Positions 40,419 through 52,423 of a DNA stretch of 64,000 nucleotides are shown in pieces. The stretch spans positions 96,001-160,000 of the forward strand of contig CAWFFU010000011.1 of assembly GCA_963815215.1 (NCBI GenBank), written 5' to 3'. The position numbers were made by a program, and so were the translations under genes. Numbering within the stretch: position 1 is the first letter of the stretch; the number at the start of each line of letters is the position of its first letter. The notes beneath the pieces were generated by a model, which searched no databases, was not told the origin of the DNA, and worked only from the letters and a program-made list of their open reading frames with translations. Source of the DNA: an uncultured Trueperaceae bacterium (GTDB lineage: Bacteria > Deinococcota > Deinococci > Deinococcales > Trueperaceae).

Positions 40419-40543
40419 GGCTCAGGCTATCACGGCTCCGGCGGCGGGCCGGGCGTGGCCTCGGCAACGGTCCGATGGCATCGACGCTCCATCGACGCCA
40501 CGACGACGCGGCAGAGCCCGGCGTCGCGACCCCGGGCCTCCCC

Positions 40544-41710
40544 TCACGCCGGCGCGTCCCCGACCCCGCCGGACGCCGCCGACTCGAGCTCGCAGCGATT
40601 GCGTCCCAGCACCTTGGCTCGGTACATGGCATCGTCGGCACGGCGGACCAGTCGCTCCAGATCATCGCCCCGCCGGTAGACGGTCACCCCGAAGCTGGCC
40701 GTGACCGACCCCGCCTGCCAGCGATGCGCCTCGAGCCGCGCGCGGAGTCGCTCCGCCAGGCGCAACGCCTCGTCGGGGCCGGTGTTCGGCGCAACCAACA
40801 CGAACTCCTCCCCGCCCCACCGGCCCAACTCGTCCTCACCGCGGAGCGTCTCGCGTACCACGCGCGCCAGCTCGCTGAGAACAGCGTCCCCGATCCTATG
40901 CCCGTACGCGTCGTTGAGTTCCTTGAAGTGATCGATGTCGAGCAGGATCAGCCCGAAGGTCTCCCCCGTCCGTCGCGCCCGCGCCAGCTCCCGCCGGACG
41001 GCGAGCTCGGTGCCGCGCCGGTTCGCCTGGGCGGTGAGCAGGTCCGTGAGCGAGTCCTGCTCGGCCTCCTGAACCCGGACCTGGGCCTCGCCCAGAGCCG
41101 TGCGCCACACGGCCAGCGCCGACGCCACGATGATGGCCACCAGCCCGCCTCCCTGGAACTGGACGAAGGCGGCAAGGTCCGCAGCGGTGGTCGACGGCGA
41201 CAGGGCCGCGGGCAGGCCCGCCAGCCAGGCCAGCACCCAGGTGGCGCCGGTGAACCAGCGCGCGCCCCGAGCCGACAGCACGTAGAAGGCGTAGACGTAG
41301 ACCAGATAGAGCCACAGGCCGGCGGACAGGAGGGTGGAGGCGCTCAGCCCCTGCATCGTGATGGAGAGGAACGCGTGCGCCAGGAAGGCCGCCGTGAGCA
41401 CCACGAAGCCGGTCCGCTCCCAGGCGGGCGCGACGGCGCGCCGCACCAGCAACCGCACGATGAGCACCGCCCCGATCACGATGAACAGCACCCGCTCCGG
41501 CGCGTCGCCGCCGTAGCCCCATACCCCGTTCCAGCTCACGATCACGTCGGCCACGTACACAGCCCAGCCCACCAGCAGGACCTGCAGGTGGCTGCGCCGA
41601 TGGAGGCTCTCGATGCTCGCGCGGGCGTCGCCGCCCAGGTGCGTCCGTTCCACGGCTCCAGCGTGCGCCTGCGCCGGTAACGGAACGCTTACGGCGGCGC
41701 CGTGGGACAC
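40544..41710 (-). CDS. Membrane diguanylate cyclase (GGDEF)
   Basis: About 5-6 TM helices, DIDHFK.LND.YGH, RxxD I-site (RGED) and GGEEF. Start uncertain and may be ~41653. Confidence 0.9.
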   Translation of the reverse strand: MSHGAAVSVPLPAQAHAGAVERTHLGGDARASIESLHRRSHLQVLLVGWAVYVADVIVSWNGVWGYGGDAPERVLFIVIGAVLIVRLLVRRAVAPAWERTGFVVLTAAFLAHAFLSITMQGLSASTLLSAGLWLYLVYVYAFYVLSARGARWFTGATWVLAWLAGLPAALSPSTTAADLAAFVQFQGGGLVAIIVASALAVWRTALGEAQVRVQEAEQDSLTDLLTAQANRRGTELAVRRELARARRTGETFGLILLDIDHFKELNDAYGHRIGDAVLSELARVVRETLRGEDELGRWGGEEFVLVAPNTGPDEALRLAERLRARLEAHRWQAGSVTASFGVTVYRRGDDLERLVRRADDAMYRAKVLGRNRCELESAASGGVGDAPA

Positions 41711-41726
41711 ACCACGAGCACGAGGA

Positions 41727-41751
41727 ACGGGCCGGCGAGATGCCGGCCCGT
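41727..41751 (-). terminator. Hairpin downstream of tRNA-Leu
   Basis: ACGGGCCGGC / GCCGGCCCGT. Confidence 0.55.
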
Positions 41752-41756
41752 ACGCG

Positions 41757-41844
41757 TGGTGCCGAGGAGGGGACTTGAACCCCTACGACCTATGCGGTCA
41801 CTAGCCCCTCAAGCTAGCGCGTCTACCAATTCCGCCACCTCGGC
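41757..41844 (-). tRNA. tRNA-Leu (anticodon GAG)
   Basis: GCCGAGG acceptor stem, D-loop GGAATTGGTAGAC, anticodon arm CTAGC-TTGAGGG-GCTAG, long variable arm, GGTTCAAGTCC and encoded CCA. Confidence 0.97.
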
Positions 41845-41879
41845 GAGCCCGCGGAGCAGCCGTGCAGCGCGCAAACTAG

Positions 41880-41909
41880 ATGTTACGTCGGACGCCGGGA
41901 AGGTGTCAA
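41880..41909 (-). promoter_or_regulatory. Promoter of tRNA-Leu
   Basis: TTGACA, 18 nt, TAACAT. Confidence 0.7.
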
Positions 41910-41983
41910 GGACAGCCACTCCTGGACGGCGTGCGCCGCGATCGCGCAAGCCCCGCAACACCTCCCGCGGGTATCCTCGAAGC

Positions 41984-42673
41984 ATGACCGAACGCCGCTA
42001 TCGCCGCATCCAGGAGGTCCTGGACCGGCGCCAACCGGACCTGACGATCCTGGCCGAGGACGTGTACAAACCGCACAACCTGTCGGCCATGCTGCGCTCC
42101 AGTGACGCCGTTGGCATCGGCACCGTCCACGCCGTACGGCCCACCGGCGGTGTGCCCACCTACAACGCCACCAGCGGCTCGGCCGAGAAGTGGGTTGACC
42201 TCCTGGTCCACGACACGCTGGAAGCCGCGCTGGCCCACCTGCGCGCGCAGGGCATGCAGCTGCTGGCGGCGCACTTCTCCGACCGAGCGGTGCTCTACGA
42301 CGCTGTCGACTACACACGGCCCACCTGCGTTGTGTTCGGCAACGAGAAGCAGGGAGTGACCCCGGACTGCGCCGCCGCCGTCGACGGGCACGTGCTGATC
42401 CCCATGCTCGGCATGGTGAGCTCGCTCAACGTCTCGGTCGCGACCGCCGTCATCCTCTTCGAAGCGCAACGCCAGCGCCGCCGGGCCGGGCTCTACGACG
42501 GGAACCGGCTCGGCGAGGCCGAGCGCAACGCGCTGGCACTGCGCTGGCTCCACCCGCGACAGGCCCGCTGGTTGGAGGCGCGCGGGCTGCCGTTCCCTCG
42601 GCTCCTCCCCGATGGGTCGCTGCCGGCCGACACGGTGGCAACGCTCGCTGACGCGGAACGGGAGAGCGGCTAG
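41984..42673 (+). CDS. trmH: tRNA (guanosine(18)-2'-O)-methyltransferase
   Basis: MTERRYRRIQEVLDRRQPDLT, KPHNLSA.LRS.DAVG, FGNEKQG and SLNVSVA. Confidence 0.95.
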   Translation: MTERRYRRIQEVLDRRQPDLTILAEDVYKPHNLSAMLRSSDAVGIGTVHAVRPTGGVPTYNATSGSAEKWVDLLVHDTLEAALAHLRAQGMQLLAAHFSDRAVLYDAVDYTRPTCVVFGNEKQGVTPDCAAAVDGHVLIPMLGMVSSLNVSVATAVILFEAQRQRRRAGLYDGNRLGEAERNALALRWLHPRQARWLEARGLPFPRLLPDGSLPADTVATLADAERESG

Positions 42674-42682
42674 GCTGGGGCC

Positions 42683-43816
42683 ATGCCAACCCGTGCCGCG
42701 CGACGTTCCGCTATCGCCCGCGCCCTGCTCGTGATCGGCCTGCTCGGCGCAGGGAGCGGATTCGGGCAGAGGCTCGAGCCCGCGGCCCGCGGCCTGTCGC
42801 AACCGCTCGCCGTGGCGACGGCCGGGGACGGCCGCCTCTACGTCGTCGAGCAGGCGGGAACCGTGCGCGTGGTGGAGAACGGCGCCCTCGCCGAAGCTCC
42901 CTTCCTCGACCTGCGCGACCGAGTCCGAAGCGGCGGAGAGCGCGGCCTGCTGGGTCTGGCGTTCCCTCCCGATTACGCCGCCAGCGGGCGCTTCTACGTC
43001 GACTACACCGACGGCAACGGCAACAGCGTGCTGGCGCGCTTCGCGAGGGTGGACGGCGCAGTCCGCGGCGATCCGGCGTCCGGCCGGACGCTGCTGGAGG
43101 TACGCCAGCCGTACGCCAACCACAACGGCGGCAACCTGGTCTTCGGCCCCGACGGCTTCCTCTACTGGGGCCTCGGCGACGGAGGCTCCGGCGGCGACCC
43201 GCAAGGCAACGGACAGGACCCTGCCACACCGCTCGGCACCATACTGCGCCTCGACGTCTCGGGCGACGGCGCCGTGGCCGCCGCCGGCAACCCCTTCCTC
43301 GACCGCGCGGATGCGCGTCCGGAGGTGTGGCTGTACGGCCTGCGCAATCCCTGGCGCTTCAGCTTCGACCGGTCGACGGGCGACCTCTACATCGGTGACG
43401 TGGGCCAGAACGCCATCGAGGAGATCGATTTCCTGCCGGCCGGCGCGCAGGGCGGACAGAACTTCGGCTGGAACGTGATGGAGGGGGATCATTGCTACCG
43501 ACCGGCGCGGGGTTGCGATCCCTCCGGCAAGACGCCGCCGATCGTGACCTACCCGCACGACGCTTCCTGGGGCAACTCCGTGACCGGCGGCTACGTCTAC
43601 CGCGGCGCCGCCATACCCTCCCTGCAGGGCGCCTACCTGTTCGCCGATTTCGGCAGCGGCCGGGTATGGACCGCGCGCCGCGACGCCTCCGGCGCCTGGC
43701 AGGTCGCGAAGCTCCTCGACACCGGTCTCGCCATCTCCAGCTTCGGCCAGGACGACCGCGGCGAGCTGCTGCTGGTCGACTACGGCGGCGGAGTCCTCTA
43801 CCGGCTGGTGCCATGA
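42683..43816 (+). CDS. PQQ-dependent sugar dehydrogenase (GSDH/aldose dehydrogenase family), secreted
   Basis: ERGLLGLAF, NHNGG.L.FGPDG.LY..LGDGG, YGLRNPWRFSFD and DVGQ. Confidence 0.9.
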   Translation: MPTRAARRSAIARALLVIGLLGAGSGFGQRLEPAARGLSQPLAVATAGDGRLYVVEQAGTVRVVENGALAEAPFLDLRDRVRSGGERGLLGLAFPPDYAASGRFYVDYTDGNGNSVLARFARVDGAVRGDPASGRTLLEVRQPYANHNGGNLVFGPDGFLYWGLGDGGSGGDPQGNGQDPATPLGTILRLDVSGDGAVAAAGNPFLDRADARPEVWLYGLRNPWRFSFDRSTGDLYIGDVGQNAIEEIDFLPAGAQGGQNFGWNVMEGDHCYRPARGCDPSGKTPPIVTYPHDASWGNSVTGGYVYRGAAIPSLQGAYLFADFGSGRVWTARRDASGAWQVAKLLDTGLAISSFGQDDRGELLLVDYGGGVLYRLVP

Positions 43817-45537
<1,721 letters not shown>

Positions 45538-45567
45538 GCGAGCCGGCGCCGGCGTTCCCAGCGACCG

Positions 45568-46122
45568 TTAGCCGTCCGTCGCCGCGGCCATCTCGGTTTC
45601 CTTCTGTCGCTGGTAGGCCTCGATGGTCGATCCGATGAGCGCGTGGGTCTCGTCCATGCCGTGCCACTGGTCGACGTGCGTGTGCTTGCCCTCGAGTTCC
45701 TTGTAGATGGTGAAGAAGTGCTCGATCTCGCGCAGCCGGTGGCGCGAGATGGTGTCGAGATGGCGATTGCTGTCGTAGCGGGGGTCGTCCACCGGTACCG
45801 CGAGCAGCTTCTGATCGCGCCCCTTCTCGTCGCTCATCTCCAAGTACCCCAGCGGCCGCGCCCGCAGCACCGCGCCCGGGAAGGTGGCGCGGGTGATCAG
45901 CACCAGGATGTCGACGGGGTCGCCGTCGTCGGCCAGGGTGCCGGGAACGAAGCCGTAATCGCCCGGGTAGTGCATGGGGCTGTACAGGACGCGGTCGAGC
46001 CGGAAGATCCCCAGCTCCGGGTCGTACTCGTACTTGTTGCTGCTGCCGGACGGCACCTCGATGACGGCGTTGACGACGTCCGGTGCGTTCTCGCCGGGGC
46101 TCATGTCCTTGAGGTTGGTCAC
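45568..46122 (-). CDS. ppa: Inorganic pyrophosphatase
   Basis: KYEYD, LDRVL, YPGDYG, DDGDPVD and EIEHFF..YKELEGK. GTG start overlaps the pdxT stop. Confidence 0.96.
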   Translation of the reverse strand: MTNLKDMSPGENAPDVVNAVIEVPSGSSNKYEYDPELGIFRLDRVLYSPMHYPGDYGFVPGTLADDGDPVDILVLITRATFPGAVLRARPLGYLEMSDEKGRDQKLLAVPVDDPRYDSNRHLDTISRHRLREIEHFFTIYKELEGKHTHVDQWHGMDETHALIGSTIEAYQRQKETEMAAATDG

Positions 46123-46757
46123 GTGGGTTCTCCTGTCTCGAGAGCGGGCTCCGCCCGCACGCCGCACACGGTCTCCAGGAACAGCGCGTGCACGCGGTCG
46201 TCGCCGAGGAGCTCGGGGTGGAACACGGTGGCCATGAGACGCCCTTCGAGGGCCGCCACGACGTCATCGTCGTAGCGAGCCAGCACCCGGACCCCTTCCC
46301 CCACCCGGGTGATGCGCGGCGCCCGGATGAAGAGGGCGTGGAAGCGCTCGTCGAGCCCCTGGATGTGCAGGTCGGCCTCGAACGACGCCACCTGGCGGCC
46401 GTAGTCGTTGCGGGCTACCGAGATGTCCATGACGCCGAGGCGGGGTTGATGCGGGAAGCCCACGATGTCGACCGCCAGCTCGATGGCGCCGGCGCACGTC
46501 CCCCACAGCGCCCCGCCCTCGCGGTGGAAACGCTCCAGTGCAACGTCCAACCCGTAGTCGCGCATCAGCTTCGCCATGGTCGTCGACTCCCCGCCGGGGA
46601 TCACCACTCCCTGCAGGCCGTCCAGATGCCGCGGCAAGCGCACCTCGACCACTGTCGCGCCGAGGCGCTCGAACGCCTGTCGGTGCTCGCGGAAGGCCCC
46701 CTGGAGGGCCAGCACACCGATGCGTCGGGAGGAGGCGGCGTCGTCCACGGCAGTCAT
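46119..46757 (-). CDS. pdxT: PLP synthase glutaminase subunit
   Basis: GVLALQGAFREH, PGGESTT, GTCAG, FIRAP and FHPEL. Confidence 0.96.
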   Translation of the reverse strand: MTAVDDAASSRRIGVLALQGAFREHRQAFERLGATVVEVRLPRHLDGLQGVVIPGGESTTMAKLMRDYGLDVALERFHREGGALWGTCAGAIELAVDIVGFPHQPRLGVMDISVARNDYGRQVASFEADLHIQGLDERFHALFIRAPRITRVGEGVRVLARYDDDVVAALEGRLMATVFHPELLGDDRVHALFLETVCGVRAEPALETGEPT

Positions 46758-46858
46758 TGTGTCACGGCAACGACCACCGCCGGCCCGGCCCAGGCGACGC
46801 TCCGGCCTCCCCGGGCCCGGTGGGAGCGGGGGCAGGCACGGGAGCGCGGCTCAGGCGC

Positions 46859-47764
46859 TCAGCGCGACGCCGCCTCCACTCCCCGCACCAGCGCGCGCGC
46901 GACGACCTCCTGCACGGCGATGGAGAGCCCCACCAGGGGAACGCGAGCCCCGCGACCGGTGGAAAGCACGAAGGTGCTGTCACCGTCGTGAAGCGTGTGC
47001 GAGGGGCGGGTGACACGCGCGATGCCCATGTGCGCGCTCTGCGCCAGGGCGCGCGCCTCGGCCTTCGCCAGGGGTGCGTCGGTGGCGACTACGACCAGCG
47101 TGGTGTTGCTCCCGAAGGGGTCGATGGCGAGCGCGGCGGCGGCCGGCGTCAGCGCCTCGGCGGGACCGGCCACCAGCATCCCGGTCTCCGGGTGCACCAG
47201 GCTGCCGACGGCGTTGCTCACGCCCAGCGCCGCTACGGTGGCCCCCTCGAGACGCAGCATGGCGCTTCCCACGCCGCTTCGCACCATCCCCTCGATCCCG
47301 GTCAGCTTGCCGACGGTGGCGCCGGTGCCGGCGCCCACAGCGCCCTCGGGCACCGGCTGCGGGCCCGCCGCCGCCGCCGCCGCGAAGCCGGCCGCCGCGT
47401 CCGGGCGGATCCCAGCGTCCCCCACCGCCAGGTCGAACAGGGCGGCGGCCGGCACGATCGGTACGCGGGCGAACGGGGTCTCGAAGCCGCGACCGTGCGC
47501 CTCTAGCCAGCGCATCACGCCGTCGGCCGCTGCCAGGCCGAAGGCGCTGCCGCCTGTCAGGAGCACCGCGTCGACCCGGTCCACACTCTTCTCCGGCGCC
47601 AGCAGCGCCGTCTCACGCGAACCGGGGGCGGGCCCGAGCACCAGTCCGGACGCCACGCAGCCGCCCTCCGGTGCGAGCACCACGGTGCACCCGGTGCGCG
47701 CTTCGGCGTGGGTCCAGTGTCCGACGTGGACCCCTTCGACGGCTGTCAGACTGGTGTTCAGCAT
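46859..47764 (-). CDS. P1/S58 (DmpA-like) peptidase
   Basis: VGH...TGCTV, LLTGGSAFGLAAADG, GAVGAGTG, NTTLVVVATD and HT..DGD. Confidence 0.9.
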   Translation of the reverse strand: MLNTSLTAVEGVHVGHWTHAEARTGCTVVLAPEGGCVASGLVLGPAPGSRETALLAPEKSVDRVDAVLLTGGSAFGLAAADGVMRWLEAHGRGFETPFARVPIVPAAALFDLAVGDAGIRPDAAAGFAAAAAAGPQPVPEGAVGAGTGATVGKLTGIEGMVRSGVGSAMLRLEGATVAALGVSNAVGSLVHPETGMLVAGPAEALTPAAAALAIDPFGSNTTLVVVATDAPLAKAEARALAQSAHMGIARVTRPSHTLHDGDSTFVLSTGRGARVPLVGLSIAVQEVVARALVRGVEAASR

Positions 47765-47848
47765 GGTCGCCTCGCGGGCTGCGCGGCCGCTCGTCCGGCG
47801 AGCGGAAGCGGACCGGACGACGGCTCCCGCCGCTCGATCGTGCCGTCG

Positions 47849-50131
47849 CTAGGGTCGGGCCGGGTTGGTGGAGGTGGAGGCGCCGCCCGCCGACGGGACC
47901 GCGCCCGGCGGAGCAGCGGAACCGACCTGCGCCCCGGCCGGAAGGTACTGGTCGACATCCTTGGGATCCACCTCGATCATCTTGATCTGGTCGGGGGGCG
48001 TGTCGATGGTGGCCCGCTTCCCGGTGCGCTTGTCGATGGGAAGCTGCAGCTTGACCGTGGATAGGAAGCCCTGGCTGCTCAGGTCGGTGGTCGACTTGAA
48101 CGCCGCCTTGGTACCGGTCGGATCGAGCGCGCCGGTCTTCAGGTCGATGTTGTGGAACACGATGCCGTCCGGCACCGGGAAGCCGGTGGGGTCGGCGGAG
48201 TGCCCGCGCAACGCGCCCTGGGCGAACGTGTTGAACGCGAAGATCGGTTGCTGCGAGCTGGTCACCAGGTGACGGGTGCCGTCAGTGTCGGTCATGTACT
48301 TGGGCATGGGCTTGTTGTCGTCGTTGCCGATCCACACCGCTCCCACCAGCCCGGGCGTGAGGCCCACGAACCAGATGTCGCGCTCCGAGTCGGTGGTGCC
48401 GGTCTTGCCGGCCAGCCAGTGACCGGGTACGTTGGCACGCCACGACAGCGCCCAGTACGGCTTCCGGTCGACGATGTTGCCATGCATCATGTCCAGCATG
48501 ACGTAGGCGGTCTGCGGGCTCCACACCCGCGCACGACGCGGATGGGCCTCGTACAGCACGTTGCCCTGGGAGTCCTCGACCTTGTTGACGAAGTAGGGCA
48601 CGGTGTACACGCCGCCGTTGGCGAAGGCCGCGATGGCCGCGGCATGCTGTAGCGGGGTCACCTCGAAGCTGCCGAGCGCCATGCCGAGGTAGGGCTTCAC
48701 GCTGTAGCCCAGCTCCCGAGCCTTCTCCGCCACGGCCTCCGGCGTGGCGGCCTCCAGCGCCTTGACGGCGGGGATGTTACGACTCCGGTCGAGGTTCTCG
48801 CGCGCCGTCTGGAAGCCGTCGTAGGCGTTGTCCCACTCCTTGGGCTGGTAGTCGGGCTGGCCCTTGACCTTGAAGATGGTCTTGTCGTCGACCAGGATGC
48901 TCGCCTGGTTCAATGCCCCCTGCTCGACGCCGGTGGCGTAGACGATGGGCTTGAACGACGAGCCGGGCTGACGGTAGGCCTGGATGGCGCGGTTGAACTC
49001 CTGCGGGGGCTGGCCGGGGCCGAGCTTCTGCCCGACCATCGCCAGCACGCCGCCCGTTCGCGGGTCGATGCCCACGATCGCCATCTGGGCGCCCGGCGGG
49101 ACCTGCGTGGAACGGCTCGCCTCGTTCGCCGCCTTCTGCGCCTGCACGTCGATGGTGGTGTACACCTTGAGGCCGCCGCGGCCGAACACCATGGTCTCGC
49201 CGTAACGCTGCGTCAGCCAGTTGCGGACCGCCAGCACCACACCGCGCGACAGGTCGGAGCTGATGCTCGCCTGCAACACGACGTTCTCACCGGTGCGGGT
49301 GGCCTTGACCACGTCGCCCTTGTCGTCGTAGGTGACCTTCCAGCCGCGCGGCTCGAGCTTGAAGTCCCACGCCCGCTGGGCGGTCTCCTTGGAGATGGTG
49401 CCGCGCCGCACCATCTTGTCCAGCACGTCCCTCATCCCCTGCCGGGCGCCGAGGAAGTCCTCGTGCATGGCGTTGGGCGCCGGGATGAGCCGTGCCAGGT
49501 AGAGACCCTCGGCCAGGTTCAGCTCGATCGGGTCCTTGCCGAAGTAGGCCTGCGAGGCGGCGCGGATTCCGTACACGTTGCCACCCCAGAACACCACGTT
49601 GATATAGCGCTGCAAGATCTCCGGCTTGGTCAGGCGCCGCTCCAGCTCGATGGCCAGCATGATCTCCTTGGCCTTGCGCTCGAGCGAGCGCTCGCTGGCG
49701 ATGTTCTGCAACACCGTGTTCTTGATGACCTGGGTGGTGATGGTGGAGCCCCCGCGGTTGGAGTGTGCGAAGAACTCCTGGTAGGTCGCCTTGGCGAGCC
49801 CGGGCAGGTCGAAACCGTAGTGCCGGAAGAACTGGTCGTCCTCCGACGCCACGATGGCCTCCAGCGCCGCCGGGGACACCTGGCTCAGCGTCACCGGGAT
49901 CCGGTTGGTCGGCTCCTTGTCCTTCCCGACGGCGGGGACGATCGTCCCGATGCGCGTTCCGTCCTGCGCGTACACCTCCGTGTTGGAGGTGTACTCGAGC
50001 GCGTCGACCTGGTCGAGCGAAGGAAGATCCTGCGCCCAGTGAAGGAACGACGAGCCCAGGAGGGCCACGAGCGACAGGATCGCCGTGAGGGCGAACAGGT
50101 AGAGCCCCTGGACGACTTTCACGAGGTTCAT
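47849..50131 (-). CDS. Class A penicillin-binding protein (PBP1A family)
   Basis: SEDDQFFRHYG, GGSTITTQ, RKAKE, QPGSSFKP (SxxK), SRN and KTGT. Confidence 0.94.
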   Translation of the reverse strand: MNLVKVVQGLYLFALTAILSLVALLGSSFLHWAQDLPSLDQVDALEYTSNTEVYAQDGTRIGTIVPAVGKDKEPTNRIPVTLSQVSPAALEAIVASEDDQFFRHYGFDLPGLAKATYQEFFAHSNRGGSTITTQVIKNTVLQNIASERSLERKAKEIMLAIELERRLTKPEILQRYINVVFWGGNVYGIRAASQAYFGKDPIELNLAEGLYLARLIPAPNAMHEDFLGARQGMRDVLDKMVRRGTISKETAQRAWDFKLEPRGWKVTYDDKGDVVKATRTGENVVLQASISSDLSRGVVLAVRNWLTQRYGETMVFGRGGLKVYTTIDVQAQKAANEASRSTQVPPGAQMAIVGIDPRTGGVLAMVGQKLGPGQPPQEFNRAIQAYRQPGSSFKPIVYATGVEQGALNQASILVDDKTIFKVKGQPDYQPKEWDNAYDGFQTARENLDRSRNIPAVKALEAATPEAVAEKARELGYSVKPYLGMALGSFEVTPLQHAAAIAAFANGGVYTVPYFVNKVEDSQGNVLYEAHPRRARVWSPQTAYVMLDMMHGNIVDRKPYWALSWRANVPGHWLAGKTGTTDSERDIWFVGLTPGLVGAVWIGNDDNKPMPKYMTDTDGTRHLVTSSQQPIFAFNTFAQGALRGHSADPTGFPVPDGIVFHNIDLKTGALDPTGTKAAFKSTTDLSSQGFLSTVKLQLPIDKRTGKRATIDTPPDQIKMIEVDPKDVDQYLPAGAQVGSAAPPGAVPSAGGASTSTNPARP

Positions 50132-50248
50132 GCTACCAGGGCGGCCGATGAGCCGGAGGTAAGGAGCCGCGCACGGGGCCTCATGCTCGTGCCCCGGTCC
50201 CGCCCCCGACGGGCCGGCGGCCACTCGGCCGCCGACGGCGCCCCACGC

Positions 50249-51178
50249 TCACCAGCCGCGCGTGGCGAGCAGCTCCTCCTCTTTGAGGGTGTCGAGGTTG
50301 ATGCCGACCATGGCCTCGCCGAGGTTGCGCGACACCTGCGCCAGGATCTCGGGATCCTCGAAGTGCGTCACGGCCTTGACGATCGCCTCGGCCCGTCGCA
50401 GCCAGGCCTCGTGGCGCTTGCCTTCGTCCTGCTCGCTCATCGCGGACTTGAAGATACCCGAGCCCACGAACACGCCGTCGAGGCCGAGTTGCATCATCAT
50501 GGCGGCGTCCGCCGGCGTGGCCACGCCTCCGGCCGCGAAGTTCACGACCGGCAGCTTGCCCGTTTCGTGCACCGTGCGCACCAGGTCGACGGGCGCACCG
50601 TGGTCCTTGGCGTAGGCCATGAGCTGCTCGGGACGCAGCGCCTGGATGGCGCGGATCTCCCCCATCACGGCGCGTGCGTGGCGCACCGCCTCGACCACGT
50701 TGCCGGTCCCGGCCTCGCCCTTGGTACGGATCATCGCCGCACCCTCACCGATGCGCCGCAGCGCTTCGCCGATGGTGGTCGCACCGCACACGAACGGCAC
50801 CGTGAAGGAGAACTTGTCGATGTGGTAGGCCTCGTCCGCCGGCGTGAGGACCTCCGACTCATCGACGAAGTCCACGCCCAGCGCCTGTAGGATCTGCGCC
50901 TCGACGAAGTGCCCGATCCGCACCTTCGCCATCACCGGGATGGAGACGGCGTCGATGATCTGCTCTATCAGCCCGGGATCGCTCATGCGGGCTACCCCGC
51001 CTTGAGCCCGGATATCGGCAGGCACGCGTTCCAACGCCATGACCGCGGTCGCGCCGGCGTCCTCCGCGATCCGCGCCTGATCCGCCGTGACGACGTCCAT
51101 GATGACGCCGCCCTTGAACATCTCGGCGAAGCCCGTCTTCACCTTGGTGCTGCCCACCGTCTTCTCTGCCATGGCCAC
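50249..51178 (-). CDS. pdxS: PLP synthase lyase subunit
   Basis: [29 protein letters not shown] and [13 protein letters not shown]. Confidence 0.97.
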   Translation of the reverse strand: MAMAEKTVGSTKVKTGFAEMFKGGVIMDVVTADQARIAEDAGATAVMALERVPADIRAQGGVARMSDPGLIEQIIDAVSIPVMAKVRIGHFVEAQILQALGVDFVDESEVLTPADEAYHIDKFSFTVPFVCGATTIGEALRRIGEGAAMIRTKGEAGTGNVVEAVRHARAVMGEIRAIQALRPEQLMAYAKDHGAPVDLVRTVHETGKLPVVNFAAGGVATPADAAMMMQLGLDGVFVGSGIFKSAMSEQDEGKRHEAWLRRAEAIVKAVTHFEDPEILAQVSRNLGEAMVGINLDTLKEEELLATRGW

Positions 51179-51379
51179 TCCTTCTCGCCTTCGCCCCGGC
51201 CCTCGCGCCGGCAGCTCCGCACGCCGCCACGGGCGTCGACCCGGGGCGCGCGCTCGCCTTCGTCCAACCCCATTGTGCCGCAGCCCCGCCGCGACCGCAT
51301 GGAGTATACGCGACGCCGCCCGGCGTCGCAGCCCCGCGCGGCGCCGGGTTCGGCCGGCGCGAGCCGGGCCCGGCCGGGC

Positions 51380-52423
51380 TCAGGATCGCGTGAAGGCGAT
51401 GTAGTCGTCGAGCTTTCGCAGCGCTGAGCCTTCGGCGATGAGATCGAGCGCGTGGGCCACGCCTCCGCGCAGGTCGTCCGCCACGCCGGCCAGGTAGAGC
51501 GCAGCGCCGCTGTTGAACGCCACCACATCGCGCTTGGCGCCCTCGATGCTGCCGTCGAGCACGCCGCGAAGGGCGGCGGCGTTGGCTTCGGCGTCGCCGC
51601 CGGCGATCTCCTCCAGCCGGGCGCGTTCCAGCCCGACCTCCTCGGGCGTCACCACGTAGGTCCGGCGCTCGCCGCCGGGCATCAGCTCGGTCACCTTCGT
51701 CGGCCCGCTCACCGTGAAGTCGTCGATACGGTCGCCGTGCACCACCAGGGCGCGCTCCACCCCGAGTCCCGCCAGCACCTCCGCCAGCCGTTCCGTCAGC
51801 TCGGCGTCGTAGACGCCCATGAGCTGCCGGTCCGCCGACGCCGGATTGGTGAGCGGGCCGAGGTTGTTGAAGATGGTACGCGCCTTCAGGTCGGCACGGA
51901 TCGGCGCCACGAACTTCATGGCGGGGTGGTGATTGCGGGCGAACATGAAGGCCAGGCCGAGGCGGTCGATCGCCTCGGCGAGGCGCTCGGGGCTCTGGTC
52001 GAGATCGGCGCCCAGCGCCGCCAGCACGTCGGCGGAGCCCGACCTGCGGGTGATCCCGATGTTGCCGTGCTTGGCGATACGGACGCCCCCCGCAGCGATG
52101 ACGAACATGGCGCTGGTGCTGATGTTGATGGTCTCGATGCCGGTGCCGCCCGTGCCGCAGGTGTCGAGCAGGGGACCATCGGGACGCACCGGCACGTGAA
52201 TCGCGCGTTCGCGCATGGCCTCGGCGAAGCCGACGATCTCCTCCACGGTCTCGCCGCGCGTGCGCAGCGCCGCCAGCAACGCTGCGGCCTGCATCTGCGA
52301 GAGCTGGCCGTCCATCAGCCGGCCCATGACGTCCCGTGCGGTGTCGCGGCTGAGCGTCTCGCCGTCGAAGACGGCACCCAGGATCGCCGCGATATCGGAT
52401 TTCGGGTTCGGCTGCTCGCTCAT
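51380..52423 (-). CDS. trpD: Anthranilate phosphoribosyltransferase
   Basis: DTCGTGG, NIST, KHGN, SGSAD and RTIFNNLGPLTNP. Confidence 0.97.
   Translation of the reverse strand: MSEQPNPKSDIAAILGAVFDGETLSRDTARDVMGRLMDGQLSQMQAAALLAALRTRGETVEEIVGFAEAMRERAIHVPVRPDGPLLDTCGTGGTGIETINISTSAMFVIAAGGVRIAKHGNIGITRRSGSADVLAALGADLDQSPERLAEAIDRLGLAFMFARNHHPAMKFVAPIRADLKARTIFNNLGPLTNPASADRQLMGVYDAELTERLAEVLAGLGVERALVVHGDRIDDFTVSGPTKVTELMPGGERRTYVVTPEEVGLERARLEEIAGGDAEANAAALRGVLDGSIEGAKRDVVAFNSGAALYLAGVADDLRGGVAHALDLIAEGSALRKLDDYIAFTRS

Noticed and set aside
41700..41760. tRNA-anchored integrative element
   Set aside because: No integrase, no duplicated tRNA 3' end and no compositional shift nearby.
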